Shown piece after piece: positions 35,843 to 48,350 of a stretch of DNA of 64,000 bases (position 1 is its first letter; each line of letters opens with the position of its first letter). The notes under the pieces are model-generated. The model saw nothing but the letters and a program-made list of their open reading frames with translations. It was not told the origin of the DNA and made no database searches. This DNA is from Anthoceros angustus. Its lineage: Eukaryota > Plantae > Anthocerotophyta. Location: assembly GCA_010909165.1 (NCBI GenBank), contig MU008175.1, positions 921,370-985,369 of the forward strand, given 5' to 3'. The position numbers and the translations under genes are program-made.

Positions 35843-37800
35843 CTAAAAAATTCGCTCCAAGACATAGCCAACCATCCCCTCTAAAGATTGCCGCACCTGA
35901 CCCTGTGGTAGGCACTCTAAGTTGTTGAGCGCCAACTCACCCTGTTGCTGTGCCAACAGCCTAGCTCTCTCAATGCCTCCTGCATTCTTGATCAGGATGA
36001 TGGCTTCTTCCAAACTCCCAGGCTCCCTGAAGCCGGATTCAATCAACGCCCTTAATCTTGGCTCCTCCTCCAGCGCAAACAGAACTGGCGCTGTAAGGTT
36101 GCCATTTGATAAGTCACTGCCTGCCGGTTTCCCCAGCTGCTCGGACGTTTGAGTAAAGTCCAAGATATCGTCCACAACCTGGAAGGCCAGACCAAGGTGT
36201 TTGCCGTAGTCGAACATCTGGTCACAAACGCGAGGGCTAACATTGCTGAAGATAGCCGCACATCGGGCGCTAGCAGCTATGAGGGAAGCAGTTTTGAAAT
36301 AGCTCTTCTCCATGTAGTCTTCAAAAGTCAAGTCACAGTCAAACAAACTCTGCGCCTGCTTGATTTCCCCACTAGAAAAATCTCTGATAACCTGTGAACA
36401 GACCACAATGGTGGTGTTAAAACCCGGGGCAAGTTTACCGCCTTGTTTCTCGGCAGGATCGTCTCTCCAAACTTCCCTTCCGTCATCAAGCCCCTGATAA
36501 TGATTCAACCGTTTGCAAAAGAAGGAAACCAACCTGGCTAATAAGCTTGACAACTTCCAAGTTGTCCAAATTTGCAAGGTACCACGAAGACTGCGCAAAC
36601 ATGAAGTCACCAGCCAGGACAGCCACTTTTGTGCCGAACAAGTTGTGTGTGGTTTTCTGACCTGCAACACCAACGAAAGTTTCCACAGTCATCCTCATCC
36701 GTCATTGCCAATGATCATTCCCTCGTAGGTGTGCAGCATCATCAACTGGTGAATCTGGCAGATAGCATACCCCTGCGGGTGGCACTGTCATCAAGGACAT
36801 CGTCGTGCATCAAACTTGCAGTGTGAATCATCTCCGTGATCTCCGCTAGCCGGCGGTGCTGGGGCCTCAACTCTCTGGAAAACGCACAAGGGCACCAGGA
36901 GTTTAATGGGACCATACACGTAGAGTGAGCCTGTGCCAACAACGAGCTTGATAGCGTAACGAGCTTACTCAAAACCAGCTAGACTCAGCGTTGCTCTTGC
37001 AACCAGGAAGATAAGGGCAGGTCTCATTCTCTTGCCCCCAGCACCAAAAATCTGCTCAGCAGCTGCTTCAAGCATAGGATTTTGATTACCAACAACCTGA
37101 AGACGCGGAGGGATTAGGCACTGGCAAGAAACCACTCTCCATCAGAGGTCCAAAATAGCAACCACTCCCCAGTCGAAGTAAGGCAAGGCAAGGAACACAA
37201 ATCTCACCGCATGTAAGTTCTTCTGCAACGTTTGTAGATCATCCGCCACAGGCTCAATCAGGGCGTTCAAAGACAACCTTTCCATGGGAAACGGCCTGAC
37301 TGGGGCGCCCCCATTGATCACGCAGGGAACGGTCGGACCCACAATATCTACAATCCTGAAAACAAATGAATTCCCCGGCTCCCCCTCGCCAGCCAGAAAC
37401 AAGCTCCACAGGACATAGAGTACCTGAACATACTTGATACATCCACCACGGGAGGAGGAGCCGCCACCGATGCCCACGCCACGGGGGGCCGTCCAGACCG
37501 AACCAGCTTCGCCAGGGCGGCCTTGAGAGCCGGCCCTGGCTCAGAAACCGGCTCCCCGGGCCGAGCCAGCGCAGGCCCGGGCTCTGCAGACGCCTCGGCA
37601 ATGCAACCGAGCTTGGGCACCCGGGCCGCCATTGCTGGTCCACATCTCGACCGCCGGTTCCACAACAGATTCTGACCGAGCTGAGCCATCCAGCTACCGC
37701 TCCCTTCCACACCGAATCCAACCGCCCACAAAATGCTCTGCAGGCAACAGCAGAACCTGCACCGCTTCAGCTCAACATCCTGCAAACGCATTCCACCCAT
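35843..37800 (-). CDS. SPS: Plastid solanesyl diphosphate synthase (trans-prenyltransferase), multi-exon
   Basis: [40 protein letters not shown] (FARM), [47 protein letters not shown] (SARM); transit-peptide-like N-terminus. Confidence 0.94.
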
Positions 37801-38294
37801 GATCCACTTGCCGCACCCAAATTTGAGCTCACTCCAGTCCGACAGTCTGACACCACATTACAGTACGACCTGACACAATAGTGCCCAACACTCCCTCACC
37901 TGCAATGACGATGATCCCTCTCCACCTCCTCCCTTCCCTGCAGTTTCCAATCCCTGCCTCGTCCGCCCACAAGCTCGGCCCGGCTGGATCAAGTGCGAGA
38001 CAGAAGCTGGAGAACGCAGATGCTCCTTTTCAGAGTCTGCTGCAGAGCGTGAGGGGCACTCATCCTCCTCCAGCGCCTGGCCAGATCGGATGAGATGAGA
38101 TCCGAGCGCAGCCCGAGTGGGGCGGCTGCAATGTTCCTTCCCCTGGTTTCTCGAGGCCTGGCGCGGCACAATTGGCCTATGTGCGTTGCGCTGTTGCGTG
38201 GGACTAGGCAGGCGCAAGCCAAAGCGTGGCCTCCCAGCTGTGGTTCCATTGCACGAGTCCCATCCCGGATGGAGCGTTAGCGGCGCGCCATCCG

Positions 38295-38303
38295 GCCACG
38301 TGG
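38295..38303. promoter_or_regulatory. Perfect G-box (GCCACGTGG) about 500 bp upstream of the SPS start
   Basis: Exact motif seen; function inferred only. Confidence 0.4.
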
Positions 38304-40471
38304 GCGCTTACCAGTCCCCCGTGGTGTCCGGCCAGGCGGGTAAAAGTGCCCGGCGCGGAGGATAGGATACATACACAAAATACTTAAGCATGTACAATAC
38401 GTCTCCGGTTACGATACGCTATGTGTTGTGAAGGCTCTGGCCGGAGATCATATTATAAACTGCTTCACTGCTTGCCTCCAGGCGGAGGCCAGCACAAACT
38501 GTGTGGCAGGCCCGAGCCACACGTTCGCGCCAGACCTCTCTCTTCATTCTTTTCTTGTGCAACGAGCTTTGACCGACTTGGCCTGCTGCGGAGCCAGAGG
38601 TTAGAAATTTCCAGGTCGCTCCTCCGCTGGAATCCCCTTGCTTGCCGCTCATCAGCGTCATCGCTCGGTGCTAGTAAGAGTGACGTGACGACAGAGTCTG
38701 CGCACGGCAAGCTTGCCCCACCCAGCCAGGGTTGCATACATGGAAATCCCTTGTCCTTGTCTGGGGTAAGGCAGGATCGCCGCCTACACCTATACCGCGA
38801 AATTCAAAATTAGGGGTAAGGGAACATTGAAGGGCTGGTGCGTCTTGCCTACCTGCAACGTACTTCGAGCACCATGGTTTCAACTTGTTCTTCTTGCACG
38901 ATCTTCTTCGGGTTCTGTGAAAACCAGTAATGTTGCACGGGGCAGCATCGGGGCTACTATTCTCCTGGACACATGGGTAGATGGAGCTGCGCATGACGTT
39001 CACTGTCATGTTGAAAACATGGCAATCGTTATTCCCTGAAAATGGGCGAAAAAAGCTTCAGCTATGGCAAGGTCGCAAACTGCAAAGGAGATAAATCACA
39101 ATTAATCACAACTCACATGAGAATGACATAAATTTCACCAGGATGGTCTTGGAGGCAAGGACATCCGCTCCTGCAAGTCGCATACTGTGGCCGTTCAGTT
39201 TGAGCATGATGGACGGATGCTCACACACGGACGGAGTGCTCATGGCCACGGACAAACGACGAAGAGTTGTATCGGACGACCGAAACGAATCCAGGGGCCA
39301 CGATGCATCACAGGCGCGGGCACCTAATTTCCTATTTGAATTCCAATTCAGGTGATCTGAACTACTGCAATTGACGACATAGCAGGTAGCCACACGGCAA
39401 GCATAACATTTTGGGAAGGAGGTCGCTCTGCTTTCAATAATCCTGGAGGAAACAAGCGAGGAAGTTGAATACGCACTTTCGCCTCAGCTCCTGCGCAATG
39501 CTTACCATGGACTCGACACAGTCGGCGTAGTGTAGTGCAGACACTCTCAATTTGATGAGATCCATTATCCACAGGCGGACAACAGAACTAATACAAATAC
39601 GAAACAACACCAGAACGAAGTAGCGATGAGGATAACAAACGTCTTCGGGGTTGAACCCTCATGAACATGGGTTAGTTACACCTGTTGACTATCAATTTCC
39701 ATGCCCAAGAAAACTCCACAGTTTACAAGCAACCAGCGTCAGGGATCAGACCTGCGGCTAGACATCAAGTAGCACTAAGGGATCTTGATAGCAAGAGAAT
39801 AAGAGGTTGTGGAACTATCACGCTCGCTTGGCGCTGTTGAGCTCATCTCTCCGAGTATGCTCAGGGAAGAACATTGCTACATTCAGGGATGCTCCAACGT
39901 TTGGACCAATAACTGTCCGCACCTACATCTCAGCCTCAAGCCTGTCACAGGCGTCGCTGGAAGAAGAGAATCAGCAAGCCCATGGATGGTCATCAGTGGC
40001 TTTGTAACCGGAAAGTTCAACCAATCAACGACGGATAAATTATGGTGCCTTGCGCGGAAGGCACACACAGGAGTCGCCCAAAAATGGAACATAGAGTCGC
40101 TTGTTCTTCTCTCGTCAACCTGCTCCATTCATGGCATGACGGTGCTCCCTGCAGAAAAAGTAAGATCTCAAATATCTCGATATGCAAGAAGTTCCTCGCT
40201 CAGAGCACCCGGAGTCATATTATGAGCTGAAGAATAGGTTGCCAAGCATAACTCACCAAGCAAGACGCCCCACCTCGTATGCTTCCAGCAACCTAATTTC
40301 AAGCGGACAATTTGCAACATATTACGACAGGACAAAGCAGTTTTGACTCTTCAACTAGGACTGGTGACCCATTGCACACTACCTTACTGCATTCACGGAC
40401 AAAACCAGACGATTTGCTTCATCAGCAGGGCAACAAAACTGTGAAAGGAGCTGAAAACCCTAAAAGTTGGC

Positions 40472-40884
40472 TCACCACGAGTACTGACGGAACACCACTC
40501 GAACGACTTTGATGCTGATAGTGAACAACAAGAAGAACACTAAAGTATCTGGTAAGAGTTCAGGTGGCCCAACAGGCCGCAGCTGCCTGTAAGATCGCCC
40601 AGCAGACAGCAATTCCCAACCAAAAATAAAAATACAAGGAAAAGGATACTGAAAAGGTATCGCTCCCACCAGTCAAGCATGTACAAGCCAAAGGTAACGT
40701 TGTAGATGAAAATATACTTGCTGATCGTGGCTATCAGAGGAAGGCTCTGAAACGATGACCACAGGCGTTGTCGGAGCAAGCTCTGCTGGGGCATCTGCGA
40801 TCCCTTGAGTCCTGAACGTTCAAGCGCTGGTCTGGCAACCGCGCCGTTCTGGCCCTTCCCAGCCCGCATTACCGCTGTAGACAT
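40472..40884 (-). CDS. ssSPT: Small subunit of serine palmitoyltransferase, 2 exons, up to 103 aa
   Basis: Exons 40884-40650 and 40548-40472 give ..KYIFIYNVTFGLYMLDWWERYLFN TLVFFLLFTISIKVVRVVFRQYSW*, containing the plant ssSPT signature YNVTFGLYMLDWWERYLFN. Confidence 0.9.
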
Positions 40885-41092
40885 CGATCCGGCTGGATTC
40901 GCACAGCCGCGGAAGAAGCTCTCCCTCGGAAGACACGAGTCGCGTCTACTGTCACTCGACTCTTGCAAAATGGCTTTACCGAAGCCTTGACGAATACTGA
41001 ACCCATGAGCACGCGTTTGCTGGTGCAGCACTGTATACCTAACGCAGTCAAGGAAAACACTAAAAAGCTTATTGGAGATTAAAATGATTGTT

Positions 41093-41600
41093 GAGTCCTT
41101 TTAGGAGTTGAAGCTCCGGGTTGTGTGGACTATTCGACATGTACGTATCTTTCATTAATCGCTGCTTCAGCAAGGCCTGACCTACTTCAACAGATTATGG
41201 CAGGGCATTTAACGCTCGAGAAGCTGGTGCTAACCGACCGTGATGGACAGGGAATGCTTTGCCTGGATCATGAGCAGTTGCACGAGTTTAGAGATACGCC
41301 GCTGCTCCCTCTGCATCTGCTAACCGGATTCAGGTCCTGGCACCGAACATGATGACTAGAACTAGGCTCAGTGGTGCTACCTTGGTAGCTATGAGGCCCA
41401 GTGAGACACAAGTGAAGAGGGAGGAGCGTGGAGTATCTGAAATTCTGCGAGCCAGGTTGGAGGGATGCTGATGGCTGTGCATCCTAGTATTCTCTGAAGC
41501 ATTTGAAGAGCCAGCGGCTACAGCATTTGAAGAACCTTTCGGTACTGTTGCCAGTACTCTTGTGAAGAGACGCACTTATCTGGAGACGAACTTCTTCTAG
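41093..41600 (+). pseudogene. 3' fragment of an F-box gene (At1g30200/At4g18380/AUF1-like C-terminal domain), disrupted
   Basis: Pieces in different frames: ESF.., [90 protein letters not shown]. Multiple indels; no F-box N-terminus. Confidence 0.8.
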
Positions 41601-44600
41601 GTCAATGGGTCCCTCTTTGTTGCAATATATTAGCTTCTGGTGCGGTATTCTTTTGGGACGTGATCAGAGACAACCTCTGGTTCATATCGTGCAACTGAGC
41701 CATGGATGTGCGCATGCTCTTGGTGTCCTGTTGTCCAGGACATTGGTTCGGGTACATAGGCAACAGGAAGCACCATTGACCATGACGATACTGTTGACGA
41801 AAAGGTGACATGGGCTGAAAGGGAGCTCGTCTCTTGCCAGAAGCACAGGGACTGGTCTCTTCATGTTCTTATAGCAGATGCTGCTTTGCAGCTGACCTCG
41901 AGGCTTCAACCGTACTCTAAGTAGTGCGAAGTGCACTGGGTAGAGGACAGGATGTGGTGCTTTCAGCAAGTTGACAGTGATTCAGGCCTCTACACAACGT
42001 TTGTGTTCACCGGGGAAGGAGTTAAAAGCATTGGAAACCTGAAGTCACGATGTGCATCTCGCTGCTGAATCAATGGAACCTCTCCCTAGTACAGTGTTTG
42101 ATGGGGGAAAACATGGCGACCTGCAGTTCCTTGTTCTCGAAACCAAACGGAAATTTGTGCTTATCACCATCATGCCAACACGAGGACTTACCTTTCCACT
42201 GGGGATGTCCTCCAACACAGCCTTCACTCGCTCAGCTATGTCGCGAGCTATGCGGGCTCCACCTCCCCATATGCCGCTGATGTAAATGTTTCAATTTGGA
42301 TAATTCCTTTCCTCAACAAGAGGCATACTCTTTAGGATTGCACCATTTTTCTAATAGTTATACTCAAGTTCCAAGGGTTTCAATCAGAGTCCCTTGTCTA
42401 TTCTCGGGTTAACAGGTATCACATTTAGCTTATTTTTACTTTGCTCGTTTATTTTTACAGGTCTCATTACTCATTAAATAATTAATTGTTTTGTATTTTA
42501 TTGAACATCCACATTAATAAAAAGTCTTAAATATGGCCCGATATGATCAGCGGGTTTTTAGGGTGGTTGACCTACAGCCTGCTGCTTGTTTATGCTAATC
42601 AGACCACAAACATTGTTGGTCTCATTCCTATTTGTCATCGGGCAGGCGCCGTCCACGATTTGCGACAGGGTACCATGTCCATCAAAAACCCTAAATGACA
42701 AGAAAGAAGAAATGGATGGGAAGATGGGAAAGCCTGTGGCCAAGTTGCGTGATATAAACTTTTCCGATGCATAAGACCATATTGAGCTGATGTGGCATTG
42801 TACAATACTAAAGAGTGGGGAGGTAAAGAAGCTAAATTAAATATATAGACTACACGATGACATTAGATTAGAGCCGGCGACAGGCAAGCAGAATCAAGCA
42901 TGTACGTGAACCGTGACGAAGTCAAATGTGGTGTGGTGGTGAAGGGTTTTTTAAAAACGAACCGAACAAACATCTGCACTGAGATACACACCTCATCGCC
43001 TTAATAAGCGGCATTTGCTGGCGCATAGCTCTACCTGCAACGTCTGTCACACACCTCGTTTACTGCCTGCTCATCGGCATTTCCATAATATAGTATGTAT
43101 GAGAAGCTGCCATGGCAGAAATGGCGCGGACGGTTGAATGATGCTGCTTCCAACGGTCCAGCCTGCACAAGTACCTCATGCGTTACTGCTATTCTCCTTC
43201 TTGCTGACGAGACTCGCTTGCTAGGAAGAATCATCACGGTTGGTACGCAGAAACGACTGACAAAACCTCGCGTTCGCGCAGGAGTAATGAGACTGACAAC
43301 TTTTGCTGCTACTGTTTGCTATAAAAGTCATCATTTGTCACATATAGCAGGTGAGAGCAATTCTATGTGGAGAAATGGAGACTTAAGTAGCATATGGCAG
43401 ACCTCGAACAGAGACGTGAAGATGTGCACACATATTAAACAAATGAACCCATCAAATGACCGTCTGACATCGGATGAGTAGAAGTCGCATAACGAAGTCA
43501 CACAAGAGGCAGCTGGTAAGTACTCACGTAACGGCAAACACACCTCTTGTAACCGATGGACGGGGACAGTAGCTAGTGCGGGAAGGCAAAACACGGATCC
43601 GAAACTGAGCAGTTGCTTCAGGATGAAGCAAAGCTGACACCGGAGTTCCGTGGGAAAGAATGAACATACCACGAGATAATAAAATAAATGCTGGATTACG
43701 AACTTGAAAGTCGGACAATTTACATTGTGTTTAATTTGAATCACGGTCTTTACAGAATCTGAGACTAACATCAAGATCTCCTGCAAATTGACAATACAAA
43801 TTTAAGCTGCAACTACTAGGCAGAGAAAATTGAAGCTGCAACTGCTAGCTACAGAAAATTGATGAAAGCTTGAAAAGCAAATCGCTCTGCTTTCAATCCG
43901 GCCGAAGGAAAACACATCAAAACTTGAAAGTGTAGTGCCTAAAGCTTACACCCGCTCCAGCATGGTGCTCATCCACCTGTCCTCGCCAGGATATACAGGT
44001 AGCGTGCAACTTCTCCTTCTCTTCCCTTCCCCCACCCTCCCTTCCGGCTGCTGAAGGGCGTCTAACCTCATCCCCATTTTCTTCCTAACTTGATAGAATG
44101 TAACCAACAATTGGTCCTTTGAACCCATAGCTTCAATGGTAAGCCATTGCTTCAAATGTGTTAGACCCCAGACCTGTCCACAGCCAACTACCCTGACAAT
44201 AGAGCCAGAATTGAGGGACTACATAGAATAGTGCTAGACCGACGTAGCACAAATGGAAAAAAGAATCGGACGCATAAATTGCAATTATATAATTCAGATG
44301 TTCAGTCGAGAGGTGGAGTGTCAAAGGGCAAGCAGGCAGGCAGGCAGGGCAGGCATTGCAGTGCCCGCCACCGCTAATAAATCTACTAACCCCTACACTT
44401 GCACACTAGTAACCCCAGACCAGCCACCATGAGACTCGCCAAGTGCTTGCACCACAAAGACGTAACCCAAAGTGACAGAAAAGGAAAAAAGAAGAGATTC
44501 AACCCTCCCCACCCGCCCAGTTAATTACCCATTTGCACAGGCATGTACAAGTTGATGTTATTGCTGCTGTTGATCCTACTACCCCCTTTTTGTACAGAAA

Positions 44601-45122
44601 GTAAAATCTAGAGAGGCTGGACCAAGGCTGACCCCATTGTTTTCGGCAAGCCCCAATCCAAAGTTCCACTGACCGACCAGACCGACATTTACAAAAAGAC
44701 AAATTGAAGGCTTCCTTCCGCTAACCTCCTCCAAACTGCCACTCCCTTTGTCACTGACCAAGCTCAAAAAAGAATAGATGGACTACCTCATAAAAAAAAT
44801 TAAAATGGAAGGCTGTACCAAGCACAGCTGCGAAGCCCGGGTCCAATCACCATGCGTGCACTCCAAAGATCCCACAGCTCCATCCTTGTTGCACGAGCTT
44901 TCGTTCACTCAAACCCCCTTCAGGGGCTTCACAACCTTTGCTTCCATCCTCCAACAAACTAACCAACCACCCACAACTGGTTAATCTCCTGCTGTCGAAT
45001 TATCAGCAACCCCAATGGAGGGTCTTCACCTCTCGCTGTCCGCTAGGAGCTATCACTCCATCCTTCCAACATCAACTAACAACCTCCCTCCTTCCAACAC
45101 CTTCCCTTCCGGCCCAGACCCT

Positions 45123-47168
45123 CTACCAACTCTGCTCCGAATCCTCCTGCACCAGGTCGGTCACCCATCCAAGATCCGGGGCCTCCCCGGCATCCATCCG
45201 ATTATCCTTTATCATCCTGCTGCCGTACATCTTGGAGCGCAGATCCCGTCCATCACACCTCTGCACTCCGGCCTGCTGCTCCTCGTCCTCGTTGTCGGGC
45301 ACCTCCCACGGCTGCTGTTCCTTCCCATCCCACCTGAGCTTGGTGGGCGTGACAGGTACGCTCTGAGAGCATCGGCGGAGTGGGGACGGCCCCGAAGAGT
45401 ACTGCGCCGCCGCCGATGTCACCTGCGCGACCTGCGCGGCCTGAGCTGATTGCGCCTGAAGCCAAAGAGGAGACACTCCACCACCACCCCTCATGTCCAG
45501 ATGCTGTAAAGTGGCGATCAGATCAGACATCTCCTTGGATGACCCATGGGAGTGGGAGTGAGGCCCAGGAGAAGGGGGAGACCCGCTCCCGGGAGACGAC
45601 AGCGGGGAAGACACCGACTGCATCAACCCACCCCTGTGGGAATAATGGTCCGCTGCAGACGGGATGGACAGAGCCGGCATGGAGTTCAGGCGATCCAAAT
45701 GGCGGCGGTGCGCCGGAGTCACCATACCCTGAGAGGCCGCAGCAGCCACCACCGCAGCCGCCATCGCCTGCTGGCTGGAGTGCGCCCGAGCAAAGGAGGC
45801 CTGGGCCTGGGAGAGGCCGGTAGCCTCAGACAGCGGCTGAGAATAGGAAGCAGCCTGGGACAGCGCGTTCTGGGCCATGGCAAGATTGGAGAGGCTGTGC
45901 ACCAGGGAGTTAGGCCAGTGGTGGGGAGAGGGCGGGGAGACAGGAGAGGCGGATGGGGAGAGCGGGGGAGACAGGGAGGGGGGACAGGGTATGCCCAACA
46001 AGAGTCGAGGTCGGAGAGGAGACCTGCGAGGTGTTGCAGCAATGGCCGGTTGCGTCGCTGGAGAAGCCGTACTGGCTGGATCCGTCGAAGGAGTGCGCGG
46101 CGGCAGCCAGGCACCTGCTGCTGCCGTCGAATGAGATGCCGCCGTCGAAGGAGCCGGACTGGGAGAGGCAAGCAGCAAGCGCTGTGGCTGCCCTGCTGCT
46201 ACCGCCCAGCACATTTCTTGCAACGCTAGCGGCCTGGGCGGCCCCGGAAGAAGCCGCAGCTGCTCCTGGGTGTGGGCGAAGAAGCAGACCCGCCTCCGGC
46301 AGCTCCTCCCGTCCTTGCAGGGCTGGGTGCGGTAGCGGGCCGGATGCAGCCAGCACTCGAACACTCCGTGGGCGAACTCGCAGGCATCGCCCCGCCGGCA
46401 GCTGCCCTTCCTGAAGTCGGGGCAGGCGGTTCCGGAGTAGTGGAAGCGGCGGGGTCGCGCCTCCGAGCCTTCTCCCGGGTGCGCAAACGGACACTCCGTC
46501 CAGTCGTGGCTCCTCCCTCTCATACATCGCCGCACCTTGAACTCGAACATCCGGAATTCGTCGCAGGCGTACACATCCACCGCCGCCCAAGACTCGTCGT
46601 CCTCGCTGTTGTTGTTGAGCAGAAACTTCTGCAAAGCAGTCAGCATCTGCGCGTTCTCCAGGCTGGTTGTGGGCGATGTGGGCGGCATCCTCCCGCTCAG
46701 GTTGTTCACCTCCCTGGTGTCCAGAATGAAGTTACCCCCCTGGAGCACGGACGAGTCCAGCCCCCCAAACACCGCCGAGTCCATCCCAGGGCCCGAGTCC
46801 CCGCACTGCAAGTCATCCAGCCCCTCCAGCATCGCCATGTCACTCAATTTCCCGGGAGTAGACGGCAGGCTGTAGAAGGCGCTGTTGAAGGACTGCGGGA
46901 TGGAGGCCGTGTTGATCAGGCTCTGGCTCCTCCCGTAAGTGAGCGGGGCCAGCTGAGAGTACACGTCCGCCTTGGCATTGAAGGAGGCGGACCTCCTGGT
47001 GGCGGCCGCCGCCACCGCCCCCGCCGACTGCATCATGGAATGCGGGGAACGGCTGTGGGAAAGCGGCAGCGGGGAGCACAGCGGGGAGGAAGAATTGTAA
47101 ATGGGCGATGGGGCGTCCGATGCGAAGGACAGCTCCTCCGCCCCTAAGTCTAACATCACGCCAGGCAT
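45123..47168 (-). CDS. TZF: Arginine-rich tandem CCCH zinc-finger protein (RR-TZF), intronless
   Basis: [90 protein letters not shown]-terminal [10 protein letters not shown]. Two internal segments are out of frame (see findings). Confidence 0.95.
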   Translation of the reverse strand: MPGVMLDLGAEELSFASDAPSPIYNSSSPLCSPLPLSHSRSPHSMMQSAGAVAAAATRRSASFNAKADVYSQLAPLTYGRSQSLINTASIPQSFNSAFYSLPSTPGKLSDMAMLEGLDDLQCGDSGPGMDSAVFGGLDSSVLQGGNFILDTREVNNLSGRMPPTSPTTSLENAQMLTALQKFLLNNNSEDDESWAAVDVYACDEFRMFEFKVRRCMRGRSHDWTECPFAHPGEGSEARPRRFHYSGTACPDFRKGSCRRGDACEFAHGVFECWLHPARYRTQPCKDGRSCRRRVCFFAHTQEQLRLLPGPPRPLALQEMCWAVAAGQPQRLLLASPSPAPSTAASHSTAAAGAWLPPRTPSTDPASTASPATQPAIAATPRRSPLRPRLLLGIPCPPSLSPPLSPSASPVSPPSPHHWPNSLVHSLSNLAMAQNALSQAASYSQPLSEATGLSQAQASFARAHSSQQAMAAAVVAAAASQGMVTPAHRRHLDRLNSMPALSIPSAADHYSHRGGLMQSVSSPLSSPGSGSPPSPGPHSHSHGSSKEMSDLIATLQHLDMRGGGGVSPLWLQAQSAQAAQVAQVTSAAAQYSSGPSPLRRCSQSVPVTPTKLRWDGKEQQPWEVPDNEDEEQQAGVQRCDGRDLRSKMYGSRMIKDNRMDAGEAPDLGWVTDLVQEDSEQSW

Positions 47169-47819
47169 CTTGAACCCCGTCTTCTCCGCCTCTTCGGTCT
47201 TCCAGAAACCAACCTCAGATCTCAGCAGCAACCGCTCATGTTCTTGGAGCTGGTACGACCCACTCTACCCTCCTCCGAAGTGCACCGATTGCAACAACTC
47301 ACTGCAGCAGCGGCAGCTGAGCAGCGACATGCATTTGCCGACGGGGTCCGATCAAGGCCAGCCTAAGGGTAAAAGAAGCGAGCTTGGGCTGCCGCCGGGG
47401 CCGGCAAAGTCGCAAGAAACACAACCCACACCAGGAAACCGGCACACACAGACACTTACACACACACGCGGGGGGGGGAGGCCATGCAGCGACGCCGGCA
47501 GGGACAGAGACGCGGCGGGAGAGGCAGAAAGGGGAGCTGGGAGGAAAGACCACGGCAGGCGGGGAGTAGAGCTTATAAGAAGGGACGGATGGAGGCAGAT
47601 AAGCCAGCCTGGGGAGGAGGAAGGGAGTGGAAAGAGGGCGCGCGAGCAAGAGCAGCGCAACAGCAGGGAAAGGGAGAAGAGCAGCGGGCGGAGCAACAGC
47701 AGCAAAAGAGCGGGAGAGAGGAGTGGAGAGAGGGCGGGCGGGCGATGGCGATACAGTGGTGTGTAGAAGGTGGATGGATCTTTATGTTATAGGGGGAGCG
47801 AGAAGGAGGCTTGGTGGGC

Positions 47820-48350
47820 AGGGTCAGGGGCAGGGGCTGGGGCAGGGCCGCATCAGCAGGGAGAGCGCGGGTCCAAGAGAGAGAAGAAGTGCGCGATGGC
47901 GGCCATGGAGCCTGCCTGCACAACAGCACATCACACAAGCGCGGCAGAGCAGGGCAGGGCAGGGCAGGCCAGGGCAGGCCAGGCCAGGCCAGGCCAGCAG
48001 CACACAGCACACAGCACACAAGCAGCAGAAGCAGAAGCAGAAGCAGCGGGCAGCAGCAACAACGCTCTCTCCTCTCTGGCGCATTCAAAGAGAGAGAGAG
48101 AGGCAAGGCGAGCGAGGCGAGCAAGAGAGAGAAAGGAGGAAGAAGAAACCGACGGTTATCGTAAACCTTAACCGACCGCAAACGCAGGAGCCGAGACACG
48201 GCACGTCCCCCGCCGGTTATCGTAACCGCACGACTACGCAAGCCGGGGTGACAGCGCGCTCCAGTTAAGTGCGCCTGGCGAGTCGCATCATGCACGCGCG
48301 CGGCCAGCACAGGCAGTTAGACCAGCTCCAGCTCCAGCTCCAGCTCCACC
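47820..48350. repeat. Cluster of microsatellites upstream of TZF
   Basis: (GGGCA)n, (GGCCA)n, (CACAG)n, (CAGAAG)n, (GA)n, (CAGCTC)n in close succession. Confidence 0.9.

Noticed and set aside
38400-40450. Short ORFs and splice-like signals downstream of ssSPT
   Set aside because: Could not be assembled into a coherent or recognisable gene; may be UTR, lncRNA or a decayed gene.
41811-41828. miR319/159-like sequence TGGGCTGAAAGGGAGCTC
   Set aside because: One mismatch plus one insertion versus miR319, and no complementary arm nearby to form a precursor.
41600-44500. Stop-interrupted reading frames suggesting another decayed gene
   Set aside because: No family motif could be recognised; insufficient support.
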